NCBI RefSeq assembly: GCF_001194135.2
Contig: NC_068995.1
Coordinates: forward strand, 33,913,279 to 33,977,278
Source of the DNA: Octopus bimaculoides
Taxonomy: Eukaryota
Reading direction: 5' to 3'
Length of the DNA stretch: 64,000 nucleotides
Shown: positions 51,615 to 64,000 of the stretch, one piece after another
How the letters are laid out: every line of letters starts with the position of its first letter
How positions within the stretch are numbered: the first letter of the stretch is position 1
The notes under the pieces: generated by a model
The model's input: only the letters and a program-made list of their open reading frames with translations
The model's database searches: none
Told to the model about the DNA's origin: nothing
Position numbers and translations under genes: made by a program

Positions 51615-53829
51615 TACTGTGGCTTTAATCATAGTTAATAGTTCTATTGGTAGTAAGCTATGAAATTCTTACATTCGCTTGATTTCTTGTAATTCAGACC
51701 GCTTCATGGATCCAGCAGACAAAAGGGAAAAGGCATTGCCTCTGAGGAGGGTGCAGGAGATGTGCAGCAGCAGCAACCACTTAGACACACAGGGCTTGCA
51801 CTTGTGGATAGCCATCTCCATCCCGATAGTGGTAAACAGGGATATGGTCCAGGGAGATCTTTACTCCTACCTTGTCACATTAACTATTGGAAATGTTGTG
51901 AATCAATGTTTGGCTTATTGGAAACCCAACAACACTGTTATTCACAAAGGCATGATACAGAGTACAAAAATAAAACAAAAAAATATCAAAAACAAAAATG
52001 ACAAAAATGTTTTATTAGCTTGTATATCTTGGAATGAAATTGGTATGTTGCTTGAATATGAAGTTGTCAGTGGTGCCTCAATAACCTTGTGGGTTATGGA
52101 GTCATCAGTTTGAAAGATAGAGCTGTCTTGGTATCTAAGGACAGTTAAATGTTGTTTGAATTATCACAAGTTAATAGTGGCTGGAAGTTGTGACTTGTGG
52201 ACGGGACAGTTGTTTCAGAGAGAGAGAGAGGGAGAGGAGGGCCCAAAAAGGAAAGATTAACCCTTTTGTTACCATATTTCTATTAACATATGCTACCCTT
52301 TTTTTTAGTTAACTTTTAAAATAATGAAGAATTTATTGAAATAATTTTCTAATTATTAAGTTGGGATCTGGAATGATTTAGTGTAACATTTTGATGGAAG
52401 ATTATAATTTAGACCACTTTAAAACAGTAAGTTTATGCCAGAACCTGATGCAGTTGATATCAAAGGTGGGTTGGTATCAAAGCATGAAGTTTAGGAATTG
52501 AGGAAAAAAGGAGGAATTACCATAAAAGAGATTTGGCTATGGTGGAATAACATTAAGTTCAGCAAATGTTCATAGAAGTTGGCAGTTGTAGCCGAAAAGT
52601 CACTGAGTAGATGTATAACAGACGAAGAACTGATGGTTATTGTTTTGAATGCAATCTTGTTTAAAGGTGGAAAGCTTTTGGGTTGTATGTGTTGTGCCAA
52701 TAAATGTTTTATGATTGAGCATGACTGACGTATCTCTGATGAGTGAGATGTAATATATTATTAGTTGTACTTAGGATCTCTGTAGATTTCATAGCTGTTT
52801 AGGGTTTATTTGTTTTCGTATCATCATCATCATCATCAATTAGCATCCATTGTTTTAAGCTAGCATGAGTAAGACAGTCTGACTGGAGCTGGTAAACCAG
52901 AGAGCTAAACTGGGTTCCAGCCTATTTTGGCTTGGTTTCTATGGCTGGATACCCTCCCTAATGCCAACCACTCCACAGAATGTACTAGGTGTTTTTTTAC
53001 GTGTCATTGGCACAGGTGCCTTTTATGTGCCACCAGCACATAACATGACTATGATTTCACTTAGCTTGACATGTCTTCTCAGTTATATGAAAATCAGTCT
53101 TTCTGATGCATTTGGGAAGGATGCATGTACACAAAACAATTATTTGAAACTGTTAGGCTTGCATGGTGAGAAGTTAGACAATATCATGAGCTAAGATTTG
53201 TGAATCCTAAGTCTATAGAGTATATAGTGTAATTTGCTCATGAACAAGATGGATATTTGGATTTCAGGTTATTTCAAAGACAGTATTGTTTGAATATTTA
53301 TGCTGGCGATGTTGATAGATGACAAAGTGTTTGTTATTGTTCTCTGAAGCTATTAACTGTCTCTATACACTATTAAGTTATGGATACTTTACTCCTCACT
53401 TACCTTTTCTTTACCCATACATTCGTACCTGCACACTTATACATTACAGTATTTACTAATAACACTACATAATAACAGCCAATCAATATTGATTGCTTCC
53501 TTTAAAACCACTTTATCTCATCTCACAATTGCATGATGGTTTATATAATAACATGGCTGATGATAGCTTTTTGTTTTGTGGAGTACTTATATGAGAACAG
53601 TGAAGTAAAACATTGTATCAATATTTCTCCCCATGTGTATTGGTGCTGTTATTGGTAACATTAATGAAAATCTTTTGTCTGAAAGTAAGCAATCAAAACA
53701 TGTATAGTGAACTTATTAATCTCACTACTCTATTCATCATCAATTTATTATCATTATCTGTGTGTGTCTGTCTGTGTGTGCATGTGCGTGTATACACACA
53801 TATACATACATATACATACATATATATAT

Positions 53830-53862
<33 letters not shown>

Positions 53863-54724
53863 GTTTAACGTCCGCTTTCCATGCTAGCATGGGTTGGACG
53901 ATTTGACTGAGGACTGGTGCAACCGGATGGCTACACCAGGCTCCAATCTAATTTGGCAGAGTTTCTACAGCTGGATGCCCTTCCTAACGCCAACCACTCA
54001 GAGAATGTAGTGGGTGCTTTTACGTGTCACCCACACGAAAACGGCCACGCTCGAAATGGTGTCTTTTATGTGCCACCCGCACAAGAGCCAGTCCAGGGGC
54101 ACTGGCAACGATCTCGCTCGAAAACCCTACAAGGCCAGTCAGGCGGTACTGGCAACGGTCACGCNNNNNNNNNNNNNNNNNNNNNNNNNNNNNNNNNNNN
54201 NNNNNNNNNNNNNNNNNNNNNNNNNNNNNNNNNNNNNNNNNNNNNNNNNNNNNNNNNNNNNNNNNNNNNNNNNNNNNNNNNNNNNNNNNNNNNNNNNNNN
54301 NNNNNNNNNNNNNNNNNNNNNNNNNNNNNNNNNNNNNNNNNNNNNNNNNNNNNNNNNNNNNNNNNNNNNNNNNNNNNNNNNNNNNNNNNNNNNNNNNNNN
54401 NNNNNNNNNNNNNNNNNNCACTCTGTCGGGTATGCACACTGACATTGTACATCCAACGGAGCATACTGGCTTCATTCCTTGCGAGCTTACGCATGTCCTC
54501 AGCAGTTACAGCCCATGTTTCACTGCCATGTAGCATGGCTGTTCGTACACATGCGTCATACAGTCTGCCTTTTACTCTGAGTGAGAGTCCCTTTGTCGCC
54601 AGCAGAGGTAAGAGCTCTCTAAACTTTGCCCAGGCTATTCTTATTCTAGCAGCTACACTTTCAGCGCACCCACCCCCACTACTGACTTGGTCACCCAGAT
54701 AGCAGAAGCTATCGACTACCTCTA
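53830..54724 (-). mobile_element. Young RTE 3' fragment with N gap
   Basis: Encodes MLHGSETWAVTAEDMRKLARNEASMLRW. Its 3'UTR is nearly identical to 141-572, and it has a (CAT)n tail on the plus strand. Confidence 0.93.
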
Positions 54725-55635
54725 GTTTTTCGATAGAGGTAGTTGATAGCTTCCGCTATCTAGGTGACCAAGTTAGTAACACATATATATAAATGCATAC
54801 ACACACGCACACACACACAATATCATGAGCATAGAGCATGCACATTAAATGAGTTGGACAGTTTGGCTGGATCTGACTGCTCCAAGGACTTCATCATACA
54901 ACAATGTCTGTTTTGGTTGATGCCCTTCCTAATGCCAACCACTTGATAATATATCCAATAACATTACACTGCTATGAGTTTGTGGATGATTAATGGGTTA
55001 GATGGGTGCTGATGAAGGAACAAAACACCCACAAAATATGGTATATATGATCATTACCCATTTTTTCATCTTTGATCTCATTGGTTGCTTACCTCTGATG
55101 CCTTGGATACAAAACGTCCTAACAAAATCAGTGCTGGCTATAATTTCTATAGAAAATCTGTAGAGGTGACTTTAACATGTGATTTAAGTGCACTGTTAAC
55201 ACAGTAGCACATGGTTTTGACTTATAAAAATGTTTAGTATACTTTGTAGCATATCATGGTTGCTTAATGAAATACTGTGTGTCTACAAGTTAATAATATT
55301 TACCTTACAGTGTGTACTGCGCACTTTTTTGTATGCCACCGACAATTGTGAGGTCATCATCTAGCTCACAAGACTATAAGCCCTGAGGGAATGTTAAATT
55401 TAAGATAGAATAAAGAAGATAGAATAAAGACAGTGGACTGACTGAATTGTAAGGGTGATGGACAGTATTTATTTTGATTCTTTATATTCTGAGTTAAAAT
55501 CTCACTGAAGTCAATTTTCTTTTCATCTTCCTGAGGTCAATAAAATAACAATCAAGTACTAGGGCCAGTTTAATCAGCTAATCCCTACTTTCAAATAGAT
55601 GGCCTTGTGCCTATGTTAGAAATATTATTATTGTT

Positions 55636-56172
55636 AGGCATAGGAGTGGCTGTGTGGTAAGTAGCTTGCTTACGAACCACATGGTTCTGGGTTCAGTCCC
55701 ACTGCGTGGCAACTTGGGCAAGTGTCTTCTACTATAGTCTCGGGCCGACCAAAGCCTTGGGAGTGGATTTGGTAGACGGAAACTGAAAGAAGCCCGTTGT
55801 ATATATGTATATATATATATATATATNNNNNNNNNNNNNNNNNNNNNNNNNNNNNNNNNNNNNNNNNNNNNNNNNNNNNNNNNNNNNNNNNNNNNNNNNN
55901 NNNNNNNNNNNNNNNNNNNNNNNNNNNNNNNNNNNNNNNNNNNNNNNNNNNNNNNNNNNNNNNGTGTGTCTGTGTTTGTCTCCCCCAACATCGCTTGACA
56001 ACCGATGCTGGTGTGTTTACGTCCCCGTAACTTAGCGGTTCGGCAAAAGAACCAATAGAATAAGTACTAGGCTTACAAAAGAATAAGTCCTGGGGTCGAT
56101 TTGCTCGACTAAAGGCGGTGCTCCAGCATGGCCACAGTCAAATGACTGAAACAAGTAAAAGAGTAAAAAGAG
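55636..56172 (+). mobile_element. Complete young bipartite SINE (central TA tract partly an N gap); other copies 16026-16412(-), 29690-29960, 33295-33495, 45215-45450, 61782-62040
   Basis: Near-identical to copy B at 17450-17853, with a (taaaagag)-type tail. Confidence 0.88.
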
Positions 56173-57345
56173 TATTGTTATTTCAAGATTGGCAGAATCA
56201 TTAGAATGTTCAGAAAAATGCTTTCCATTATTTGTTCTGCTTCTTGACACTGAATTTAAATCCTGTCTAGATCAACCTCACCTTTCATCCCACCAGGGTC
56301 AATAAAAGTACTAATGAACTACTGAGATTGATGATATCAACTAACACCCTTCCCTCAAAATTGCTGACTTTCTGCTTAAAGAATTATTATTATTTCATTA
56401 ATCTCATATTTTACTGCCTATTTTCATTGTCACAAAGTACAGCTCTGTGTGCCATGACTGTAGGCAATCTTTTGTTTTGGTTTTATGGTTTTTCTATTGT
56501 ATTGAAATAACTCAACATAACCTTCCTCTTCATGACAGTATGATTTTTAACATGACTCAAGTTATGGCACTTGAGCACCAGCATTTAAAAAAAAAAAAGG
56601 AAAAACTTTGTGAATGCGTAGAAATATCAGGGTGTTTGAGGGATCCTGACATGATAGGTAACTATTAGATTTTAAATTAAATATCCAATATAATAATATC
56701 CAAGGCTATTTTCTGTATGCCTTGGATATATGTATTGCTTTCTGCTTAAATTGAAAAAATATTATTTCAGTAATCTTATATTTTTCTGCTGTTTTCACTG
56801 TCACAAAATACAGTTCTGTGTTCTGTGACTACAAGCTCTGTTCTGTTTTGGTTCTATGGTTTTCTATTGTATTGAAGGGATCCAACATATATGTACAGTG
56901 CCTAGTAGTGCTATTTTCTGTGTGTCGTGGATATATGTAAGTCTGGTTTTGTATTTGTCTGTGTTTTTATTTTATAGAGATTGTTTCTGTTTTCAGTCCT
57001 CTACATTTTGGTCATTTCTATTTCTAGATTTTTATAGAATTTCTCAATTTCATTTTAGAGATATATTACCGTCTGTTGATATGGATACAGTGAGTAGGAG
57101 ACATTCCTACTTTTGATGGCGTTTGGGAATATCTGATTTATTTTAATCCCTCTGCCTGTGCATGTCAGCAAAATGCTTAGTGGCATTTTGTCCGTCTTTA
57201 TGTTCTGAGTTCAAATTCTGCCAAGGTTAACTTGCCTTTTATCCTTTTGAGGTCAATAAAATAAGTACCAGTCAAGCACTGGGGTCAATGTAATTGACTT
57301 ATCTCCTTCCCCCAAATTCTAGGCCTTGTGCCTAAAGCAGAAAGG

Positions 57346-57346
<1 letters not shown>

Positions 57347-57420
<74 letters not shown>
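57347..57420. repeat. (ATT)n microsatellite just upstream of the RIC3 exon 2 acceptor
   Basis: Directly visible; it forms the tail of the preceding SINE. Confidence 0.95.
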
Positions 57421-57422
<2 letters not shown>

Positions 57423-57454
57423 TTAATTAATTAATTTATTTATTTAATTTTTAG

Positions 57455-57531
57455 CAAATGTTCAAAGTCCCAAAATTGCAGCAATGAACCAAAACAGACC
57501 AAGACCTGGGGAAGATATCCGACCTATTCGT
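57455..57531 (+). CDS. RIC3: RIC-3-like exon 2 (SNVQSPKIAAMNQNRPRPGEDIRPIR)
   Basis: tttttag| acceptor and |gtaagt donor, 77 nt, phase 1/0. Links exons 1 and 3 in frame and encodes a Pro/Arg-rich linker. Extra exons inside the 27 kb intron cannot be excluded. Confidence 0.72.
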
Positions 57532-60089
57532 GTAAGTAGTTATTTGAATTGTACACCAATTAATGATATAGAACTGATGTGATTTCTGTCTTTTAAAATG
57601 TTCATACAATAAATAAAAAAACGTTTTGAAAATAAATTAATGCTTTTCTAATTCTAAACATCAAGAGAAATAATGAATATTCAAAGTTAAAGATTTATTT
57701 TTATATTTAGGTAACTTTGGAATTAAATAATTTAGCAACTATGTTCTTGGGTTTGAGTTAATGTTAATCAGTCACTTAATCTAATATGACCACCAGGACT
57801 TTTGTTCCTTTAGTGGAAGGGTCCATTCTGTTACAGGCATTTGGATCGGTCTCTGCACTGAGACTAACTTTCATTCTTCCTCCCTTGATTACGCTTTTGA
57901 TAAAAAATATGCCACAGCAAATTTAATAACATTAAACAGTGAAAGAGCCTCTACTTGACTTGCCAGACATATAGACCAATGCATCTATCATCTTAGAAAT
58001 GAAGGACATATTGGATAATGGATCTTAGGTGTGACAATAGAAAAAAATGGTGCTCCTTTGGTGTGTGATCTACAAGGGAGATTACTTGAAGTTACTTTTT
58101 TAATTATTTTGTACATATTTAGCATTGTAAATGTATTTTGTTCAAAATTCTTACTATTTTAATAATAAGAAAACCATTTAATAATTAAAATAAGTGGGTA
58201 GATCATCCACCAAAGTAAATTTGCTCACATAGAACACAGGGAAAGCATCACTAGTGCAAAGTAAACTAAAAAGTAACCTAAAGTAATCTCCCTTTAAATT
58301 GTAGATCACATGGCAAAGTGGCATGTTTCTTTTTCTTAAGAAATGATGTGGATTTAGTGCTGGTGTCTTGTAAAAATGCAACTGCTTTCTGGTTTCTTGT
58401 AAAAATGCAACTGTCTTCATCTTGTTGCTGATCGCATTGTAAAAATCTTTAGCCAACATCTTATGGGTTTTTAGAAATTGAAAAGTAAATTAAAAAGTAA
58501 ACTAAAGTAATCTCTGTTGTAGATCACATACCAAAGGATCACCAAAAAAATGTGCAATGGTCATGACCAGACTGCTTTTGATCATAAGTCTACTTGATGA
58601 GGGCTAAAATAGGTGTTACTATGAATTTTTGAAAATATTTAAATGTAATTTATATTGTACTTTTTCTTGGAGAGCATCCAAAAAGAAACATTTTGAAACC
58701 TGATTTGTGAAATTTGGGTGAATATTTTAGGAAATATGACAATTTGAATGGTCAGCAAAGTGGTTGCAATCTTGCCCAATTAGCCTAAATGAACAATTAG
58801 CTATATTTGTGGTATCACATCTTTGAAACTGAGGTGATAATCACCTTCAAATTACACAAATTAATAGTGACCATGGTATAGCAGTTGCTTGTGTTTTTCA
58901 TGTTCTTGGAAGGAAAACTTTTTTTTGGCACTTTTTAAATATCTATGTCACAAGCAGTCAATTTCGCATTGTTTTCAGACCTAGTTAAATCCAAAAGTAC
59001 AAGTCATAGGGACTTGAGTTTAGGTGCATTTGTAGTAGGTATAACACTAAATATAGCACTGAGATTTTAGGACATGACAACATTTCAATAAAATTTGAAT
59101 GGACTATTAGAAGTGGCTATTAATGGTGGCATTTCGGATCAAGACACCTACATAAGTTGGATTTTTTTCTGTTTTGATTAGGATTTTTCCAATTTTTTTT
59201 TATAATGGTCTTGGAAAGGATGGGGGTAAGTTTTTTATGGAAAAAAATTTCAGAAAATTTATTATTTTTTTCTAAAAGTGAAAACTTTCCTCTTCATGAC
59301 AGTATGATTTTTAACATGACTCAAGTTATGGCACTTGAGCACATTGAACTAGAACAAGAGCTGATGTTCAGCAGTTAAAAAAAGGAAAAACTTTGTGAAT
59401 GCGTGGAAATATCAGGGTGTTTGAGGGACCCTGACATGATAGGTAACTGTTAGATTTTAATTAAAACTATATGAGAAGAAAGTTCAAATCCAGAACTTTC
59501 AAATGATTTATATAACTTTCCTTGAAAAATATTTATTTTGACATGAAAATGATGAAGCAAAAAAAAAAAAAAAAGAGTACTAGATATTATGTCTTTAATA
59601 CTGTCTTGTAAATGCTCTGGTCACTTAACATGAACAATGTTAGCTTACAACAGAAAATTAGGAGCTAAATGGGGAATCTTTATGCAGTCGCTTGACCTGC
59701 CACAAACAGTGACCAAATTTTCCCAGCCATTACTCTACTAGTTGATGAAAGAAGGACACATTGAATGAGGCAGTCCTTCTATGTCTTGAAGGAAGACTGG
59801 ATAATCTTACTGGATTAGGAATAACTGACTTGGAGCTAAACAACAATAGTAACAAAGCTGAAATTGATGTATGTCATTACTTTGCTTTATAGAGCTTGAA
59901 ATTTTTAATTGTTTAGGAAAGACAATGTCAAACCTTTGTAATGTATTCTACTCTGAACTACAATATGAAAATAGTTGTCAATACCATCAGTGGATTATAG
60001 AATGTTATTCAACTGGTTTATTGTTTTATGATTCATGAAATGTGTTTTCAAAGTTAAAAATTTTATGATTTGTTTGTTCTTATTTCTAG

Positions 60090-60233
60090 CCAAACGCTCA
60101 CCCAGGTTTGCGAGCTGCTTCTGAAATGAGAGCTCAGCAACAACAAGCAGGAAGTGGCCGGGGCATGATGGGTATTGTCTTACCTATGTATGCTGTGGGC
60201 ATTGTTCTATACTTAATATACACCTTGGTCAAG
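60090..60233 (+). CDS. RIC3: RIC-3-like exon 3 (PNAHPGLRAASEMRAQQQQAGSGRGMMGIVLPMYAVGIVLYLIYTLVK)
   Basis: tttctag| acceptor and |gtaaat donor, 144 nt. GRGMMGIVLPMYAVGIVLYLIY matches the conserved RIC-3 transmembrane segment (human, from memory: GRSLMGQIIPIYGFGIFLYILY). Confidence 0.88.
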
Positions 60234-60833
60234 GTAAATATATTAAAACATTTATAATGAATCATTGTTATATTTAGAATGGATCAATATGTATTTGTTT
60301 AAAAGTTTTCTATAACTTTGATTGTAGTTGATTTAATGTCAGTTTTATTTATGAACACAAAATCAATTTCCTTTTGATAGGAAAGAAGTATTTAATTAAA
60401 CTCCTTCAGCTCTTGCAATTATATTAAGAGCCACTACTGGCTGCGTTGTCTTGGCTGCTGGTTAAAGAAGTAAAAGTTTTCATCCTATCTCAGATACTGT
60501 ATTGTAAAATAGACTTCTCTTGCTGTAGGTTTTTGGGGCACTGCATTACTTATTAGTGTCACATCAATAGTATTGAGTGCAACTCCTGCCAGAGACTTTC
60601 AGAGAAAAGAATGATTACACCAGTATTGCCTTGACAACTCATCTGGTTGTCATAGTAACATTTAAATCTGATCAAAACTATATTTAATAATGTTATTTAT
60701 CACATTGATGATTAGGGACATTCAAACTTAGAAATGTGAAGTACTAAACTTGATGACTTAAAGTAGATAGTCCATCATCTTATGTTAGGTTGATATAAAG
60801 CTTTTGTATCCTTGATTTTTACTCAACGTGTTA

Positions 60834-61270
60834 TCATCACTTTTAATATCCATCTTCCATGCAGGCATGGGTTGGACATGGTTTCGCAGGATCTGATGAA
60901 TCCAAGAACTGTATTGTGTTCCAGTGTTTGCTTTCACCATAGCAGAATTGATACTGGTGCTGGTGCCACATAAAAAAGCACCTAGTACACTCTGTGGAGA
61001 GGTTGGCATTAAGAAGGGCATCCAGCTATAGAAGCCATGTCAGAGCAGACATTGGAACCTGGTGTGGCCATTGGCCTTACCAGCTTTGGTCAACCCGCCC
61101 ATTCCATGCTAGGATGGAAAACAGACATTAAATGATGGTGATGATGATGATGATGCCATTCCTAACACAAACCACTTTACAGAGTGTACTGGGTGCTTTT
61201 TTAGTGGTACCAGTACTAGTGAGGTTGCCTTGCAGTTCACAAGGCTAAGATCCTTCTCAGCTGAATGGGG
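60834..61270. mobile_element. Plus-strand RTE 3' end (~60955-61154) nested in a minus-strand copy
   Basis: The minus copy starts at 60834, is interrupted by a plus copy ending in (GAT)n, and resumes with ccattcctaacac...agagtgtactgggtgc. Confidence 0.7.
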
Positions 61271-62755
61271 CTACAATAAAGAGAGAGGTGACTTTATGCT
61301 AAGGGGATGAGAGGTTAAAGTATGTAAAAAGGGGCCAGAACTAAACATGTTTCTTAATGTAGAGGAACTACATGGCTACTTGTATTTTAGTAGCATGTGT
61401 GAGAGTAACCAAAGTGGAGCTGGAAAGATAGATAATATTATTGAGGTGGAACCTCAAGTTATAAGAAGGTGAATAGGAGTGGAATCAGAAGACCAGGGAG
61501 TGTAGGTGAGTAGAGGTTGCAAAAGTGTATGAGGAGAGTGAGGGATAGTTGGGGAATGGGTGAAGGGGATGAATATAACGACTGAAGGACAAAGGTAGAT
61601 GGGTTGTTGATGATGATGATGATACACTGGAGGAAGAATGGAGAAGAAGAGGTGATGATTGTCAAGTTTAGATTGCGTTGATGGGTGGATGACTGAGGAA
61701 AATGTTATTTCACATAGCTTCAACCACATTGGTCAAACCAATGAAGGGAAAAGGAAAATAAATTAGCACTTTATTGAAAACTAGATGTGGCTGTTTGGTA
61801 AGAAGCTTACTTCCCAACCACATGATTCCGAGTTCAGTCGAACTGCATGGCACCTTGGGCAAATGTCTTCTACAAAGCCTTGGGCTGACCAAAGTCTTGT
61901 GAGTGGATTTGGTAGACAGAAACTGAAAGAAGCTTCTCATATATATATAAGTCCTGGGGTTGATTCATCTGACTAAAAACCCTTCAAGGCAGTGCCCCAA
62001 TATGGCAGCAGTCAAATGGCTAAAGTAAGTAAAAGATAAGACATAGGTGATCTTTAATAGTTGTGCTGAAGTCACCTTCATCCAAGGGAATAGGACACAA
62101 AATCAATAAAGATTTCCAACGTTGGCACAAGACTCAAATTTCGTGAGAAAGAGGACATTGGATTAGATTAATTTCAGTATAGCATCGCTACATTTTTATA
62201 TTAGACTGGGAAGAATGAAAGACAAAGTCAACTCCAGTGGGATTTGAACTCTGAATGTAAATCAAATATCTTAACTCTGAACACACAAGATAATGCCTTT
62301 CATACTGAAATTAATTTTGTGGTATTCAATTACACATTTACAACCAGATCTTGTTCCGAGATGAAATATAGATCCCAGATAATGTTAAGCTAGTTGAGAT
62401 TTGATCACACCATATTCATAAAAGAATATTAGGGCACTATTTATGTGAAAAATTTTTATTATCACAAAAATGCTATTATATATTTTGCAAGGAACTGTCA
62501 TATATTTATAAAACTTTCAATCATTTTTAATTATCATGTATGTCAGTCAAATCATTGATTTTTTTAAGTCTTGAGAAGATGATTCTACAAACTAATTTTA
62601 TCTTTTTTTTATTTCTAAAATGATTTTACTTTATTTTATTTCCATTGCTGATGTCTTTAAGAAAAGATTGAATACAGCACAGTAAAATTCACTTCTATAA
62701 ATCTTATATGTCTTGTTGAGAAAATATTTTGGGTTTTACTTTTTANNNNNNNNNN

Positions 62756-62800
62756 ACTGAATTCAATTGAATTTCATGGAGAGAAACAAGAAAGCGCAAG
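62756..62800 (+). CDS. Possible RIC-3 exon 4 remnant, 5' part lost in a 10-N gap
   Basis: A pyrimidine tract ending ttttta precedes the gap (62746-62755). One frame after the gap is open (LNSIEFHGEKQESA) and ends at AAG|GTAATT. No homology confirmation. Confidence 0.3.
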
Positions 62801-63271
62801 GTAATTTTTTTGAATCCACTGGTACTTACTTTATTAACCTTGAAACAAAATGCCAATTCAATTTTAGCAGTAGAATATTCTTATTAGGTAATTTAGCATC
62901 CTATTAATAGTTTTAATAATGTAGTAGTAGTAGTAGCAATAATAATAATAATAATATTAATAATAATAATAAAGATAATAATAATGGTTTCAAATTTTGG
63001 CACAAGGCTAGCAATTTATGATAATAATAATAATTATAATAATAATGATGATGATGATGATTTCAAATTTTGGCACAAGGCCAGCGGTTTCAAGGGAGAA
63101 AGCAAGTTAAATACATCAATTCTAGTGCTCAACTGGTCCTTGTTTTGTCAACCCTGAAAGGATGAAAGGTAAAGTTGATTTTGGCAGAATTTGAACTCAG
63201 AATGTAAAGACAGCTGAAATGCTGCTAAGCATTTTGTCCAGTGTGCTAGCGATTTTGCAAACTTGCTGTTT

Positions 63272-63272
<1 letters not shown>

Positions 63273-63318
<46 letters not shown>

Positions 63319-63335
63319 ATAGTAGTAGTTGTAGT
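63273..63335. repeat. (TAG)n microsatellite
   Basis: Directly visible. Confidence 0.95.
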
Positions 63336-63704
63336 AAAAATACTCATGATGGTCAATCCTGTCGATTTTGTTGTATGAATGTTTGAAGGGGAGGATTTAA
63401 AAAAAAGTTTAAAAATTAAAAGAAGCTGCGTCTATTTGCGATGGATGCATGAATGTAATTTGAGTCCAGGTATGGATTTTGCTATGAAGTCACTATGGGG
63501 AAACTGATGATTTTGATTTTGCCTGGGATTGGACAAATGTGTCTGTTGATTGCAGGATATAATTCTTTTATTGTCCTGTTTCTTTAACTCAGCTTGTTAT
63601 GATGCATCATGACACATTTTATGCCATGCAAACTGATCTGGGCAATAACTTTCTCAAGATGTCAGTGACATCTAGCAATCAATAATGATAATAATAATAA
63701 TAAT

Positions 63705-63968
63705 AGTGCCGCCGAACTGGCTCCTGTGCAGGTAGCATGTAAAATACACCATTTTGAGCGTGGCCGTTGCCAGTACTGCCTGACTGGCCTTCGTGCCGGT
63801 GGCACATAAAAGCACCCACTACACTCCCGGAGTGGTTGGTGTTAGGAAGGGCATCCAGCTGTAGAAACTCTGCCAAATCAGATTGGAGCCTGGTGTAGCC
63901 ATCTGGTTTCACCAGTCCTCAGTCAAATCGTCCAATCCATGCTAGCATGGAAAGCGGACGTTAAATGA

Positions 63969-63970
<2 letters not shown>
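63705..63970 (+). mobile_element. Young RTE 3'-end copy inside an (AAT)n tract
   Basis: Family 3'UTR ending catgctagcatggaaagcggacgttaaatgatg, with (AAT)n on both sides. Confidence 0.88.

Positions 63971-64000
<30 letters not shown>

Overview
AT-rich eukaryotic genomic DNA with N gaps. The repeat families and microsatellites point to a coleoid cephalopod, most likely Octopus; this is inferred, not database-checked. Two spliced genes lie head-to-head, and the ORF track largely misses them because the exons are short. (1) CNOT11 (CCR4-NOT subunit 11) is on the minus strand: 10 GT-AG coding exons from ATG 24173 down to 3697 join in frame (1077 nt, 359 codons); I could not find the last exon(s), which probably lie left of the window. 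(2) A RIC-3-like nicotinic-receptor chaperone gene is on the plus strand: ATG 30360, exons at 30360-30495, 57455-57531 and 60090-60233, a ~27 kb first intron, and a possible fourth exon cut by a gap. The rest is transposon-derived: a full-length decayed piggyBac with TTAA sites and both ends, a Tc1-type element with DD36E spacing, a maT-like mariner fragment, two small MITEs, an L1/Tx1-like LINE remnant, a CR1-like 3' end, about 20 pieces of one RTE-clade LINE family, three tRNA-headed SINE families and many microsatellites. Most notable: a C4HC3 PHD-type finger inside the RTE reverse transcriptase, the DD36E element, a hairpin MITE with telomere-like loop repeats just upstream of CNOT11, and a CpG-retaining domain around both first exons. 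There is no CRISPR array, rRNA or true tRNA gene. I see no convincing evidence of a wholly new multi-gene system.
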